Below the pieces are notes generated by a model. That model did no database searches, was not told where the DNA came from, and was given only the letters and a program-made list of their open reading frames with translations. Positions 50,870 through 59,837 of a stretch of 64,000 nucleotides of DNA are shown piece after piece. The stretch comes from an uncultured archaeon (lineage in GTDB: Archaea > Iainarchaeota > Iainarchaeia > Iainarchaeales > VGJJ01): positions 768-64,767 of the forward strand of contig CAYIIU010000002.1 of the NCBI GenBank assembly GCA_964363635.1. Reading direction: 5' to 3'. How positions within the stretch are numbered: position 1 is the stretch's first letter; each line of letters opens with the position of its first letter. Position numbers and translations under genes: made by a program.

Positions 50870-51148
50870 GTGACCATTTCAAAACAATTAATGTATTGGC
50901 TGATTGCCAGCTCGAAAGGAGGATTAAACCGAACCAGAATCATTTTAGCCCTGAAAGAAAAACCAATGAATCTCCATCAACTCGCCGAAAAAATGAATGT
51001 GCACTATACCACGATACAACATCACGTGGAATTGTTGGTCAAGCACGGTTTTCTGGTAGGGACAGGCGGAGAATATGGAAAAGCGTATTTTTTATCACAA
51101 GACTTAGAGGATGCTTATCATGAATTCAAAAAAATCACTAACCAATAA
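50870..51148 (+). CDS. ArsR-family winged-helix regulator
   Basis: RTRIILALKEKPMNLHQLAEKMNVHYTTIQHHVELLVKHGFLV. Confidence 0.7.
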   Translation: MTISKQLMYWLIASSKGGLNRTRIILALKEKPMNLHQLAEKMNVHYTTIQHHVELLVKHGFLVGTGGEYGKAYFLSQDLEDAYHEFKKITNQ

Positions 51149-51551
51149 GAATGAAACAACAAGTGGAAACGCGGCCTTTCAAGCGCTTGCGATAGCCGTT
51201 TTACTTGGCCTCGCCATTTTCTGGGCATCCATCTTTCTCGGATTTAACAAGCCTCATTTGTGGCTCATGCACCAACAATACATCCTCATCGAAATAATCA
51301 TCTCAAGCATCAATACCATTTTACTCGTTTATTTGCTGTCCAATTATTTAGAAATATATTCAACGGCTAAAACAAATTTTACCATTGGACTAATCATCCT
51401 AGCCGCAGGATTGCTCGCCCATTCGATTACAGCCAATCCCCTCTTTTACATGCACTTAGGTTACATGCCAATGAGCGGACCCTTCATGTTCGTCCCCTCC
51501 ATTTTCACGTTTATCGCAGTAATGGCCCTCACCTATCTCACCAAACAATGA
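51111..51551 (+). CDS. Four-TM hypothetical membrane protein
   Basis: 146 aa with four hydrophobic helices. It overlaps the end of the arsR-like gene. Confidence 0.5.
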   Translation: MLIMNSKKSLTNKNETTSGNAAFQALAIAVLLGLAIFWASIFLGFNKPHLWLMHQQYILIEIIISSINTILLVYLLSNYLEIYSTAKTNFTIGLIILAAGLLAHSITANPLFYMHLGYMPMSGPFMFVPSIFTFIAVMALTYLTKQ

Positions 51552-51565
51552 ACCGTAACTCTTTT

Positions 51566-51597
51566 TCGGATTAATTTCGGACATACCTCGGAAAAAA
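51566..51597 (+). promoter_or_regulatory. TTCGGA-N-TCGG motif copy b
   Basis: TCGGATTAATTTCGGACATACCTCGGAAAAAA is followed by CTAATTAAAAC. Confidence 0.45.
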
Positions 51598-51639
51598 CTA
51601 ATTAAAACAATCAACAACACGTTGTCGAGGTGATTTGAA

Positions 51640-51753
51640 ATGAAAATTATTCAAGTGATTCGAGCTGGAGGGTTGGAAGACCCCCATGAATATTTGAAAT
51701 ACGTCAATCGCAAAGTCAGATTGGAACGCACTTCCCGATCTGGTTTAGCGTAG
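51640..51753 (+). CDS. Possible 37-aa small protein (not in the ORF track)
   Basis: My translation is MKIIQVIRAGGLEDPHEYLKYVNRKVRLERTSRSGLA. It is preceded by GAGGTGAT 5 nt upstream and by a TAATTAAAAC box. Confidence 0.25.
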   Translation: MKIIQVIRAGGLEDPHEYLKYVNRKVRLERTSRSGLA

Positions 51754-51762
51754 GAGAAAAAA

Positions 51763-51960
51763 ATGGACATGAAACCTGAAAAAATAATTCTATGGTCGCT
51801 AGTGGTCATTGCCATTCTCGCATTAACTTACTTTGTAGACAGTCGATTTTCCTATTTACTTTTCACATTCGCCATGTTCGTAGGATGTATGGGCATGCAT
51901 GGGAGCCATTCTCATGAGAAAACGACTCAAATAGAAAAAGAAAATCAACACCAACACTAA
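51763..51960 (+). CDS. Small membrane protein with a His-rich tail
   Basis: Two TM helices, then CMGMHGSHSHEKTTQIEKENQHQH. Confidence 0.5.
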   Translation: MDMKPEKIILWSLVVIAILALTYFVDSRFSYLLFTFAMFVGCMGMHGSHSHEKTTQIEKENQHQH

Positions 51961-51970
51961 AAAAATTGGT

Positions 51971-51994
51971 GAATTTCGGATTGTTTTCGGAAAA
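51971..51994 (+). promoter_or_regulatory. TTCGGA-N-TTCGG motif copy c
   Basis: GAATTTCGGATTGTTTTCGGAAAA is followed by CTCTTTAAACC. Confidence 0.45.
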
Positions 51995-52092
51995 TGCTCT
52001 TTAAACCAAAAAAAGAAAGGAGTATTTTACCAAAAAGGGAGGTGGTTTATATGAGAAAAGAAAAAAGAAAAACAGGAGGTGAACCGTGGAAA

Positions 52093-52335
52093 ATGAAACC
52101 GTGGGTTCCACTTGGGATAATCGGATTGCTCGCGATTGCAGCTACTTTCGCGTACGCTCAAACTCCAGGGTCCGACAACTCAACGGATTGGACAACCATG
52201 CACGCCTACATGCAAAAGGCCATGAACAGCCCGCAAGAAATGCAAAAAATGATGGAAGCATGCGAAAATGAAATGGGCGACCATTCGAACCAATCCAATG
52301 ACAAAACCCCCAACAATCACATGGGAATGATGTAG
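52093..52335 (+). CDS. Secreted Met/His-rich small protein (putative metal-binding)
   Basis: The start is chosen after AGGAGGTGA. The signal peptide is MKPWVPLGIIGLLAIAATFAYAQ, and the mature part is rich in Met and His (MHAYMQKAM..QEMQKMMEACENEMGDH..NNHMGMM). Confidence 0.55.
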   Translation: MKPWVPLGIIGLLAIAATFAYAQTPGSDNSTDWTTMHAYMQKAMNSPQEMQKMMEACENEMGDHSNQSNDKTPNNHMGMM

Positions 52336-52488
52336 AAAAAAGGCTCACCAGAAAAAGGAAAGATGGACAGCGTCCCCCTCGTCCGACCAACTGCCCATCT
52401 CCCCTCTTATCATAAAAAGACTCGGCGAGAAGTGATACGCAATGGCTATTGGGAAAAAACTCGAAAAAATGCAACCCCATCACAGTCA

Positions 52489-52977
52489 TCAAGTGATTAA
52501 TCGTACGTCTAACATTGCGTCAACGAAATTATCGAGTTGTTCGATGGGGATTACGATTCCCCCTATGGGTTCCGAGTGTTCGTGTTGGTCTTTTAGAAGT
52601 TCCTGAATGAGAACCATATGTCCATTTTCGTTTTTGATTTCAGTAAAGCAGTAGGTTTTGTTTCCAATTTCTTTTTCTCTAATATCAATAATGTCTTTGA
52701 TTTTGAGGAATTGTTCGTACATCGTTACTTCCCCAACTTGGAAGGCGTGAACGCTGCGGATTGAAACGAGATAGTCTAAGTGGGGTTGTATGATCTCAAT
52801 GGGCATATCGGCCGCCGCATGGCTGATTTGACTTATGGATAACGCTGGATTTCGAGTCAAAATAGAATGAAGAATGACCAAAACATATTCCCATTTCTGA
52901 TCGACCGACATTCGTTCGTATTCTCCTTGTACAAAAATGTATGTGGATAGGCCTGCTGAAATATTTTTAGAGGGCAT
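52489..52977 (-). CDS. Hypothetical protein (possible wHTH N-terminus)
   Basis: 162-aa ORF. ILHSILTRNPALSISQISHAAADMPIEIIQPHLDYLVS is wHTH-like. Confidence 0.45.
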   Translation of the reverse strand: MPSKNISAGLSTYIFVQGEYERMSVDQKWEYVLVILHSILTRNPALSISQISHAAADMPIEIIQPHLDYLVSIRSVHAFQVGEVTMYEQFLKIKDIIDIREKEIGNKTYCFTEIKNENGHMVLIQELLKDQHEHSEPIGGIVIPIEQLDNFVDAMLDVRLIT

Positions 52978-53027
52978 GATGGAACTCCTTTAGCAAGGTA
53001 TAAACGGCTATGTTCAATAATGCCTAA

Positions 53028-53168
53028 TTATTCAGTGCTGGGCATATCCGTTTTTCGCTTCAATTCCTGGTATTTCTCGTACTCTTCCAAAAAGTACAAG
53101 AAAGTCTTGGAATGCAATTTCTTGAAATCCGCTAAATCTTTCTTTACACGTTGAGTTTGTATCTGCAT
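53028..53168 (-). CDS. Possible 46-aa small protein (not in the ORF track)
   Basis: My translation is MQIQTQRVKKDLADFKKLHSKTFLYFLEEYEKYQELKRKTDMPSTE, preceded by GAGGTGAT. Confidence 0.25.
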   Translation of the reverse strand: MQIQTQRVKKDLADFKKLHSKTFLYFLEEYEKYQELKRKTDMPSTE

Positions 53169-53224
53169 TGGCAAAGCCAATCACCTCAACTAAACGCACT
53201 GTTGTCAGGCGGTTAATATATGTT

Positions 53225-53267
53225 TTGTCCGATTTGTCTGGATTTTTCGGACAAAAACCATATAAGC
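53225..53267 (+). promoter_or_regulatory. Inverted repeat plus TATA-like box upstream of the VirB2-like gene (motif copy d)
   Basis: TTGTCCGA-N14-TCGGACAA (53225-53255) contains ...GGATTTTTCGGACAAAAA and is followed by CCATATAAGC. A second box, TTAATATATG, lies at 53213-53222. Confidence 0.45.
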
Positions 53268-53315
53268 AACCTCCAAAGGGTGTGAATTAGAGAAACTTAT
53301 TGGGAGGAAAAAAAG

Positions 53316-53615
53316 ATGAAGAAAAATCTAGGAATAATGTTAGCAGTATTGTTGCTCGGTTCGTTTGTGGCTGCGCAAACACCAGGGAATATTACCACCA
53401 TTACGGAGCCCATCAATCGAATCTATGATTTAGTCAAAGCTGTCGTATCCATTTTGGGAATCATCGCCATTACTATCGCTGGAGCCCACTATATGTTTTC
53501 GGGAAGCAATATTCAGACCCGTGAAAACGCCAAATCGATGGCATCGTATGCGGTCGTAGGATTAGTGCTGGTATGGGTTGCCCCGTTAGTTGTAACCTAT
53601 CTCACCGCCCCCTAG
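53316..53615 (+). CDS. TrbC/VirB2-like conjugative pilin candidate
   Basis: 99 aa. The signal peptide is MKKNLGIMLAVLLLGSFVAAQ, followed by two hydrophobic helices separated by a short polar loop (YMFSGSNIQTRENAKS). It is the first gene of the T4SS-like cluster. Confidence 0.6.
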   Translation: MKKNLGIMLAVLLLGSFVAAQTPGNITTITEPINRIYDLVKAVVSILGIIAITIAGAHYMFSGSNIQTRENAKSMASYAVVGLVLVWVAPLVVTYLTAP

Positions 53616-53619
53616 GGAG

Positions 53620-54660
53620 ATGATCCGGTCTATGAAAAAACTCTACGAAATCCTACTCCCACTCTTCATTACCGGACTTCTCTTCGTCACGCCCAGCGTA
53701 CACGCCCAAGGAGGTGGAAGCGGTGGTGGAGTCATCAACATTAACATCGATGTACAGGGAATTATCAATGCGATCAATGGTCTCGGCTTCGGATTAGGCG
53801 GAACACTCGGAAATATTCCAAGTCAAGTGCTGGGTATTTTTGGGAACGCATTCAAAGGTTCATTAATCTCATTCAACGATCCGCTCATGCAATTCTCCCA
53901 AACATTACTTACATCCAACCCCGACCCAAACGGACTTTATCCATGGTGGCAATCGACCATCTTAGTCATTTCATCGTTCTATCTCTTGCTCTTCCTTGTG
54001 ATTGGATTCATGTTTCTCTTTTCGTCCATCAATCCCGAGAAACGAATGGAAGCGAAAGAGTGGCTCAAGAATGCCTTCGTGATGATTGTTCTCGTCAATT
54101 TGTCCTTCGTATTGTATTCGTTAATCTTGGAATTAGCGACTGCCATTACCCAATTCATGTGGATTAGCGGTTTCCAAAACTTTTTCGACCCACAAGTATT
54201 TTCCAACATGGGCGCCGGAATGTTGCTGACATACGGTTTAGCGGTTTTACTTACTGCCGTAACATTATTCCTTCGACACATTTTCCTTCTCATTGGAGTC
54301 GTTCTCTTTCCCATCGCCATTTTCCTCTACTTTGTTCCTCCACTAAAAGTTTGGGGCCGAATGATATTCAACCTCATCGGCATCGCACTATTCACACAAT
54401 TTATTGACGTAGTCATTTTTGTTGCGAGCAATCAAGCCATGATTCAATTTGCAGGAAACGCGGGCGCAAATAGTGTTCCCGCTCTCGCATTCATTCTCAT
54501 CTTCATTGTGAATGTTCTTCTCATGGTTTACGCCGTGCTGAAATCTGTTTTCAGTATGACTGAAAATTCTAAAGTGTTAGGATATGCGGTTGGCGTCATG
54601 TCCGGGCAAATTAGTACGGCACTATCTGGCCTAAAGTTGGGCGCGGGGAGCGCGAAGTAG
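53620..54660 (+). CDS. VirB6/TrbL/CedA-like polytopic membrane protein
   Basis: 346 aa with a signal-like N-terminus, a Gly-rich exposed segment (QGGGSGGGVININ...), and about 6-7 TM helices. Confidence 0.55.
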   Translation: MIRSMKKLYEILLPLFITGLLFVTPSVHAQGGGSGGGVININIDVQGIINAINGLGFGLGGTLGNIPSQVLGIFGNAFKGSLISFNDPLMQFSQTLLTSNPDPNGLYPWWQSTILVISSFYLLLFLVIGFMFLFSSINPEKRMEAKEWLKNAFVMIVLVNLSFVLYSLILELATAITQFMWISGFQNFFDPQVFSNMGAGMLLTYGLAVLLTAVTLFLRHIFLLIGVVLFPIAIFLYFVPPLKVWGRMIFNLIGIALFTQFIDVVIFVASNQAMIQFAGNAGANSVPALAFILIFIVNVLLMVYAVLKSVFSMTENSKVLGYAVGVMSGQISTALSGLKLGAGSAK

Positions 54661-54673
54661 TTGGAGGCGTCCT

Positions 54674-55528
54674 ATGTCGTATGAAATCCCCAAAAACATT
54701 CGTTACCAAGAAAAAGTCGTCTTCAACCTCAGCTTCGAACAATCATTCTGGGTGGCCCTTTTTGGCATCCTAACCTTCACCGTATTCTTCAAACTTCCCC
54801 TTATTTTTGAAGTCCGAATAGCCATCAGCATCTTTTTCGTTATTCTCGCGGTAGGATTTGCCTTTTTTGATTTTCGCACCCGCGCAACCAATTTGTATGC
54901 TTTCATCTCAACCCCACGAGAAATGGGTTATATGGACCCTAAAATGGCCAAATTTTTAGAAATAAATAGAATCGAAAATGACACGGTTTACTTGAATAAT
55001 GGTAGCCTAAAATCCCTCATTCACGTCCAACCCATCAATTTCCACATCCTATCCGTGCGACAAAAGCAAGCCATTATCGCGGCGTACAAAGACTTCCTCA
55101 ACAGCCTAGACTTTCCCATCCAAATCGTCATGCGAACCGTGAGCCTAAACCTAGACGATTACCTCAAGCAACTCGAACTAAAGGTTCGAAAGCAGAAAAA
55201 ACCTCACTTAATCAACCAGTTCGTAGACTTTGAAGCCTTCATGCGAAAATACATCGAAGAAAACAGCGTCAAAAATAGACTATTTTACATCGTCATCCCT
55301 TACACTTCAAGCAAAAATCCCCTTGAAGCCAAAACGAATCCACTCGAACAATTAGAAATTCGCGTGAAACTCTGCCAAGAAAAACTAAAACATTGCAACC
55401 TCATAACGAAAAGACTCTCCACCAACGAACTGACTTCCCTATTAGCATCATACTTTGAAGGATTCATCGAAGCAGAAAACGAATACCAAAAGACACTCGT
55501 TGTTTTACAAAAGGAGGTAGCCAAATGA
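54674..55528 (+). CDS. PrgI/VirB3-like membrane protein with an extended C-terminal domain
   Basis: MSYEIPKNIRYQEKVVFNLSFEQSFWVALFG matches the PrgI-family N-terminus (..P..I....K.v.gLt..Q). Two TM helices follow. A 4-nt overlap links it to the VirB4-like gene. Confidence 0.6.
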   Translation: MSYEIPKNIRYQEKVVFNLSFEQSFWVALFGILTFTVFFKLPLIFEVRIAISIFFVILAVGFAFFDFRTRATNLYAFISTPREMGYMDPKMAKFLEINRIENDTVYLNNGSLKSLIHVQPINFHILSVRQKQAIIAAYKDFLNSLDFPIQIVMRTVSLNLDDYLKQLELKVRKQKKPHLINQFVDFEAFMRKYIEENSVKNRLFYIVIPYTSSKNPLEAKTNPLEQLEIRVKLCQEKLKHCNLITKRLSTNELTSLLASYFEGFIEAENEYQKTLVVLQKEVAK

Positions 55529-57774
55529 AGAACTTAGTTGAGTTGCTAAAACCGTCGTACATTCATAATCAAGCCGATTCTATTCAAGTGAATGAACAAT
55601 TTAACCGTATCATTATGGCTGTAGGCTATCCTCGTGCGATTCGAGAAGGATGGTTAGATTCAATCATTGCGAGTGAGGGAAACTTTGATCTAAGCCTGCA
55701 CATTACTCCCTCAAATGTTGAATCCATTTTAACACAGCTCAATCAAGAGTTAGTCAAGCAAGAAGCCGATTTGATGGGTGCTCAAATGAAGGGAATTGTG
55801 AACCCTTCACTACGATTACAACACCAAGACACGCTGAATGTTTTAGAAAAACTCCAAAAAGGAGAAGAAAAGTTATTCAATCTGTCTCTTTACCTCAATG
55901 CACGAGCCTACACGAAAGACAAGCTCGAATTGCTTACACGAAAAGTTATCACTGAACTCAATTCGATTCTCATTATCCCCAAAATGCCTTTTTTGCGAAT
56001 GTATGATGGACTCAAATCCATTTTTCCCATTCAAGAAGACAAACTAAAAATCACGCGAAACATTCCGAGCGATGCTTTAAGCGCTTGTTTCCCTTTCACT
56101 ACCGCCTTCCTCAATCTGGACAGCGAGGGAATCCTATTCGGGCTAAATAAATCTAACAACATCCCCATTATTCTTGACCCGTACCGTTTTGCCAACTACA
56201 ACGGACTCATTTTAGGAACGTCCGGCAGCGGAAAAAGCGTTACCGCCAAACTATTCATCCTCCGAAACCTATTACGAGGCGTAAAAACAATGATTATTGA
56301 CCCGCAAGGAGAATACGTCGAACTAACCCAAAAATACAATGGTCAAGTCGTCGAAATTTCTCGAGAAAGTGAAACCATCATCAATCCTTTTGATTTAATG
56401 GATCAAGATTTGGGAGAAAAAATGCTCTCCCTAATGGATTTATTCAAAATCATGTGCGGGGACCTCACGGAAGTCCAAAAAAATATTTTAGATAAAGCTA
56501 TGCAGAAAGTGTACGAACAAAAAGGAATCATTTACAACAATCCCGAAACGTGGAACAAAACTCCTCCAATTATGGAAGACTTGTATACCGAGCTTTTGCG
56601 TGAGAAAAAAACAGCCACGAAACAAGAACGAATGACATACGAAGCGTTAGAGAATCGTATCCGCATCTATGCCAAAGGAACGTTTTCATTCATCAACAAG
56701 CAGACAAACCTCGATTTGTCTAATGATTTAATTTGCTTCAACATCGCCCAAATGCCCAACCAAATCAAACCAGTCATGATGTACCTCGTCATGGACTTTG
56801 TTCACAAAAAAATGCAAAAAGACCGAGAGAGAAAAGCGCTCATCATCGACGAAGCATGGACACTTTTACGCTTCGCCGAACACTCCAAACACATTTTCGA
56901 ATTAATTAAAACCGCCCGAAAATTTGGATTAGGAATACTCATCCTCACTCAAGAAGTAGGGGACTTGATTTCGAGCGAAGCGGGAAAAACAATTCTTGCG
57001 AACACCAGCTGGAAGTTTTTAGCGAGACAAGAACCAACCGTCATCGAAGAATTAAGTCAAAAATTCAACCTCAACAGCGAAGAACAAAACTATTTACTGA
57101 CAGCTATGCCTGGAGAAGGATTACTGTTTGCGATGAACGACCACATCCCCCTCAAAGTGGTTCCCTCCCCAAGCGAATACGAACTTATCACCACGAATCC
57201 GGATGAAGTAAAAGCTCGCGAGTTAAAATTCAAAAAGTTAGGTGAGAAAGAGCCGGAGAATATGCATCCATACCAGAAAGAAAAGAAATATTATTTGAAA
57301 AAAGAACTTACGATTGATCAAATAGAGTTTCTCAAGCAAAACGACTACCATGAAATACGATTATGCGGGTTGGACAATTTTTCGCAATGGTATTTAGTCA
57401 AAAAACCAGACTCTAGCGAAAGTTTGGAACACCAATTCATGGTACAAATTATCGCAGATGAAATTCTAAAGCACACGCAAGAAATCAGCATATATGCTAG
57501 CACGGGACCCGACATTCTCGTATGGGTCCCCAAAAAAGATAATCCTGATTTTGGCGAGTCCATTGCTATCGAAATCGAAACAGGTACCCAACTCAAAACA
57601 CCTGGAGATTTAGCGAATAAGGTCGCTCAAAATAACTTCCAAAAATACAAGGAATGGTGGTTTGTCGTAACGAACAAGGATGACAAGAAAGAATACGAAA
57701 AATACCACCAAACCATGACTCGAACAGAGATTAAGCCTTTTTTGGAGCGATTATTTAATGGTAAACCAACATAG
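55525..57774 (+). CDS. VirB4/TraE/CedB-class conjugation ATPase with a C-terminal PD-(D/E)xK-like domain
   Basis: Walker A is LILGTSGSGKSVTAKL and Walker B is KALIIDEAWTLL. GLGILILTQEVGDL is also present. The C-terminal ~140 aa carry ESLEHQF...GPDILVWV...IAIEIETG. Confidence 0.85.
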   Translation: MKNLVELLKPSYIHNQADSIQVNEQFNRIIMAVGYPRAIREGWLDSIIASEGNFDLSLHITPSNVESILTQLNQELVKQEADLMGAQMKGIVNPSLRLQHQDTLNVLEKLQKGEEKLFNLSLYLNARAYTKDKLELLTRKVITELNSILIIPKMPFLRMYDGLKSIFPIQEDKLKITRNIPSDALSACFPFTTAFLNLDSEGILFGLNKSNNIPIILDPYRFANYNGLILGTSGSGKSVTAKLFILRNLLRGVKTMIIDPQGEYVELTQKYNGQVVEISRESETIINPFDLMDQDLGEKMLSLMDLFKIMCGDLTEVQKNILDKAMQKVYEQKGIIYNNPETWNKTPPIMEDLYTELLREKKTATKQERMTYEALENRIRIYAKGTFSFINKQTNLDLSNDLICFNIAQMPNQIKPVMMYLVMDFVHKKMQKDRERKALIIDEAWTLLRFAEHSKHIFELIKTARKFGLGILILTQEVGDLISSEAGKTILANTSWKFLARQEPTVIEELSQKFNLNSEEQNYLLTAMPGEGLLFAMNDHIPLKVVPSPSEYELITTNPDEVKARELKFKKLGEKEPENMHPYQKEKKYYLKKELTIDQIEFLKQNDYHEIRLCGLDNFSQWYLVKKPDSSESLEHQFMVQIIADEILKHTQEISIYASTGPDILVWVPKKDNPDFGESIAIEIETGTQLKTPGDLANKVAQNNFQKYKEWWFVVTNKDDKKEYEKYHQTMTRTEIKPFLERLFNGKPT

Positions 57775-57816
57775 GTTTATATTACAATATTCCTATTATG
57801 GGATAATAGTGATATA

Positions 57817-58449
57817 ATGAGTTATTCGTTGCTAGTCCGAAAACTTCTCGGTCGAGAAAATCGATACATCCCAGACGATGAATTAGCCGCATATTGCAAA
57901 TCGATTGGAATAACCTACACGAAGGCGGTCAATTACTTGGGAAAATACCATTACATTGACCGTATCCTTCGAGGATTCTTCTATATTCCAAGCATCGAAG
58001 AACGAAAACTAAAATCGGGTTTCCCAAACCCTTATGAAGCGATTGCCAAAGCAATGGAATATAAGAAAGTCAAAAACTGGTACTTCGGACTCGAAACGGG
58101 CATTAAACTCAATAACATTACTCATGAATCGTTTACTGTCGACTACGTGGTTTCCGACACAATTTTTCGTCCAAAACCAATTACTATCCTGGGTCGAAAA
58201 GTAAAGTTTGTCAAACTGAAAAAAAATCTCTTTAGCTTCGGCATCATTGAAAACGGAAGCTGGCGTTACTCCGATCTTGAAAAAAGCCTGCTCGACATCA
58301 TTCACATCCGAAAATATAACGGAAAAAGCGACAAAGCCATCATTGACGAGCTCATTGAATGGGGAGAACACGCGTCAAAGAAGAAGCTTAAAGAATATGC
58401 GAAACACTATCCACTATTTGTCCGCAAGGTCGCAGGTGAACTTAGATGA
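57817..58449 (+). CDS. AbiEi-like antitoxin / transcriptional regulator (type IV TA)
   Basis: 210 aa with a 4-nt overlap with the AbiEii-like gene. The N-terminal DDELAAYCKSIGITYTKAVNYLGKYHYIDRILRGFFYIP is wHTH-like. Confidence 0.55.
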   Translation: MSYSLLVRKLLGRENRYIPDDELAAYCKSIGITYTKAVNYLGKYHYIDRILRGFFYIPSIEERKLKSGFPNPYEAIAKAMEYKKVKNWYFGLETGIKLNNITHESFTVDYVVSDTIFRPKPITILGRKVKFVKLKKNLFSFGIIENGSWRYSDLEKSLLDIIHIRKYNGKSDKAIIDELIEWGEHASKKKLKEYAKHYPLFVRKVAGELR

Positions 58450-59474
58450 TTGAAAAAGGACTCATTGACTGGATATCTCGGGACAAGGGGATTGTGAACC
58501 GCGAATTAATCGAAAAAGACCTATTACTCCAAGGATTACTGGTTAGCCTTGCTAAATCCGATTATTTCAAGCGCAATTATGCATTCAAAGGGGGAACCTG
58601 TCTTACCAAAGCCTATTTCGGATACTATCGCTTTTCCGAAGATCTCGATTTTACCTGGATGCACCCCCAAATGTTCGAAAACCTTTCAGGAAAAGGCGTG
58701 AGAAAAAAATTAACCCAAGAAGTCAACCAAATACTAGCCCTACTAGAAACAAGTGCTAAAGAAGTAGGACTCGATTTCAAACCCGAAAAATCAAATGACC
58801 ATTATACTCAATTTGGAGGCGGAAAACGATTCGCCACCTTCAAATGCTGGTACAAATCAACGACTACTGAAAGCGAATCGTTCATCAAAATCCAAATCAA
58901 TTTTGTTGAATTGCTCATATATTCCCCAAAAATAATGGATATAAAACCACTTTACTCTCGGGGATCCCGAGAATTGGAAGTATTATATCCCGATAATAGC
59001 GGCTTAGCAACTCGCCGCGCCGAATTATTTGTATATGACATACGAGAAATAGCAGCTGAAAAAATTCGGGCCATACTCACCCGAAAAGGGATCAAAGCAC
59101 GCGATTATATCGATTTATACATCCTTGACCAAAAGCAGACCCCTATTTCGAGTGTTTTAGAAGCTGCCATGAAAAAGACCCTCTTTATGCTCGACTACGA
59201 AAAATATGCTCAAAACCTTTTTGAAAAGAAATTCGACCAAAAAACAGAATTAGGAAAGGAAGAAAATCTCCTGATAAACCCAGTCGAAAAAGGCTTTCCA
59301 ATCTATACTGAAAAAGCCCAAAAAATACTCGCCAACGCGGCGGAAACCCTGCGAAATGAATACACGAAAACTAAATCATGGAGCGAACTAACCAAACCAT
59401 TGAAAAGAGCCAAAAAGAAAGTACGAGAAGAAGATGTCGTGGATTTAGTTCATCGAATAAGAAAAGAAAAATGA
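58446..59474 (+). CDS. AbiEii/AbiGii-family nucleotidyltransferase toxin
   Basis: YAFKGGTCLTKAYFGYYRFSEDLDFTW is the GG...(S/T)EDLDF NTase core, and a downstream KIRAILTRKGIKARDYIDLY is present. Confidence 0.8.
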   Translation: MIEKGLIDWISRDKGIVNRELIEKDLLLQGLLVSLAKSDYFKRNYAFKGGTCLTKAYFGYYRFSEDLDFTWMHPQMFENLSGKGVRKKLTQEVNQILALLETSAKEVGLDFKPEKSNDHYTQFGGGKRFATFKCWYKSTTTESESFIKIQINFVELLIYSPKIMDIKPLYSRGSRELEVLYPDNSGLATRRAELFVYDIREIAAEKIRAILTRKGIKARDYIDLYILDQKQTPISSVLEAAMKKTLFMLDYEKYAQNLFEKKFDQKTELGKEENLLINPVEKGFPIYTEKAQKILANAAETLRNEYTKTKSWSELTKPLKRAKKKVREEDVVDLVHRIRKEK

Positions 59475-59486
59475 GATGAGAAATAA

Positions 59487-59837
59487 TCATTCAATGTGAA
59501 TAAAACTCTTAATTTTTTCATTCATCTGCAACTTTTTACGAAGAACGACCTCGACTTGATCCAAATATCCTTTTTCTAACTCTAATTGCTCGCGAGTGTA
59601 AGATAGCCGCGGATAAAATTGGAAAACAAAATCATTGATACTCTCTTTTCGTTTGCGAATAACCACACAATCATACCTAGACAAATTTTCTTTACTGGTT
59701 TTTGAAAAAACCTCGAAAAATGAGTCCAAAAAATAGCGACAGGTGATTTGAGTGTGGGAGCGAATCTCCTCTTTAGAGGGTTTTGGATTATTGAAGAGAT
59801 AACCGACTTCCAAATATACGACATTTTCAGATGCCAT
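59487..59837 (-). CDS. Hypothetical protein
   Basis: 116-aa ORF with no recognised motif. Confidence 0.4.
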   Translation of the reverse strand: MASENVVYLEVGYLFNNPKPSKEEIRSHTQITCRYFLDSFFEVFSKTSKENLSRYDCVVIRKRKESINDFVFQFYPRLSYTREQLELEKGYLDQVEVVLRKKLQMNEKIKSFIHIE

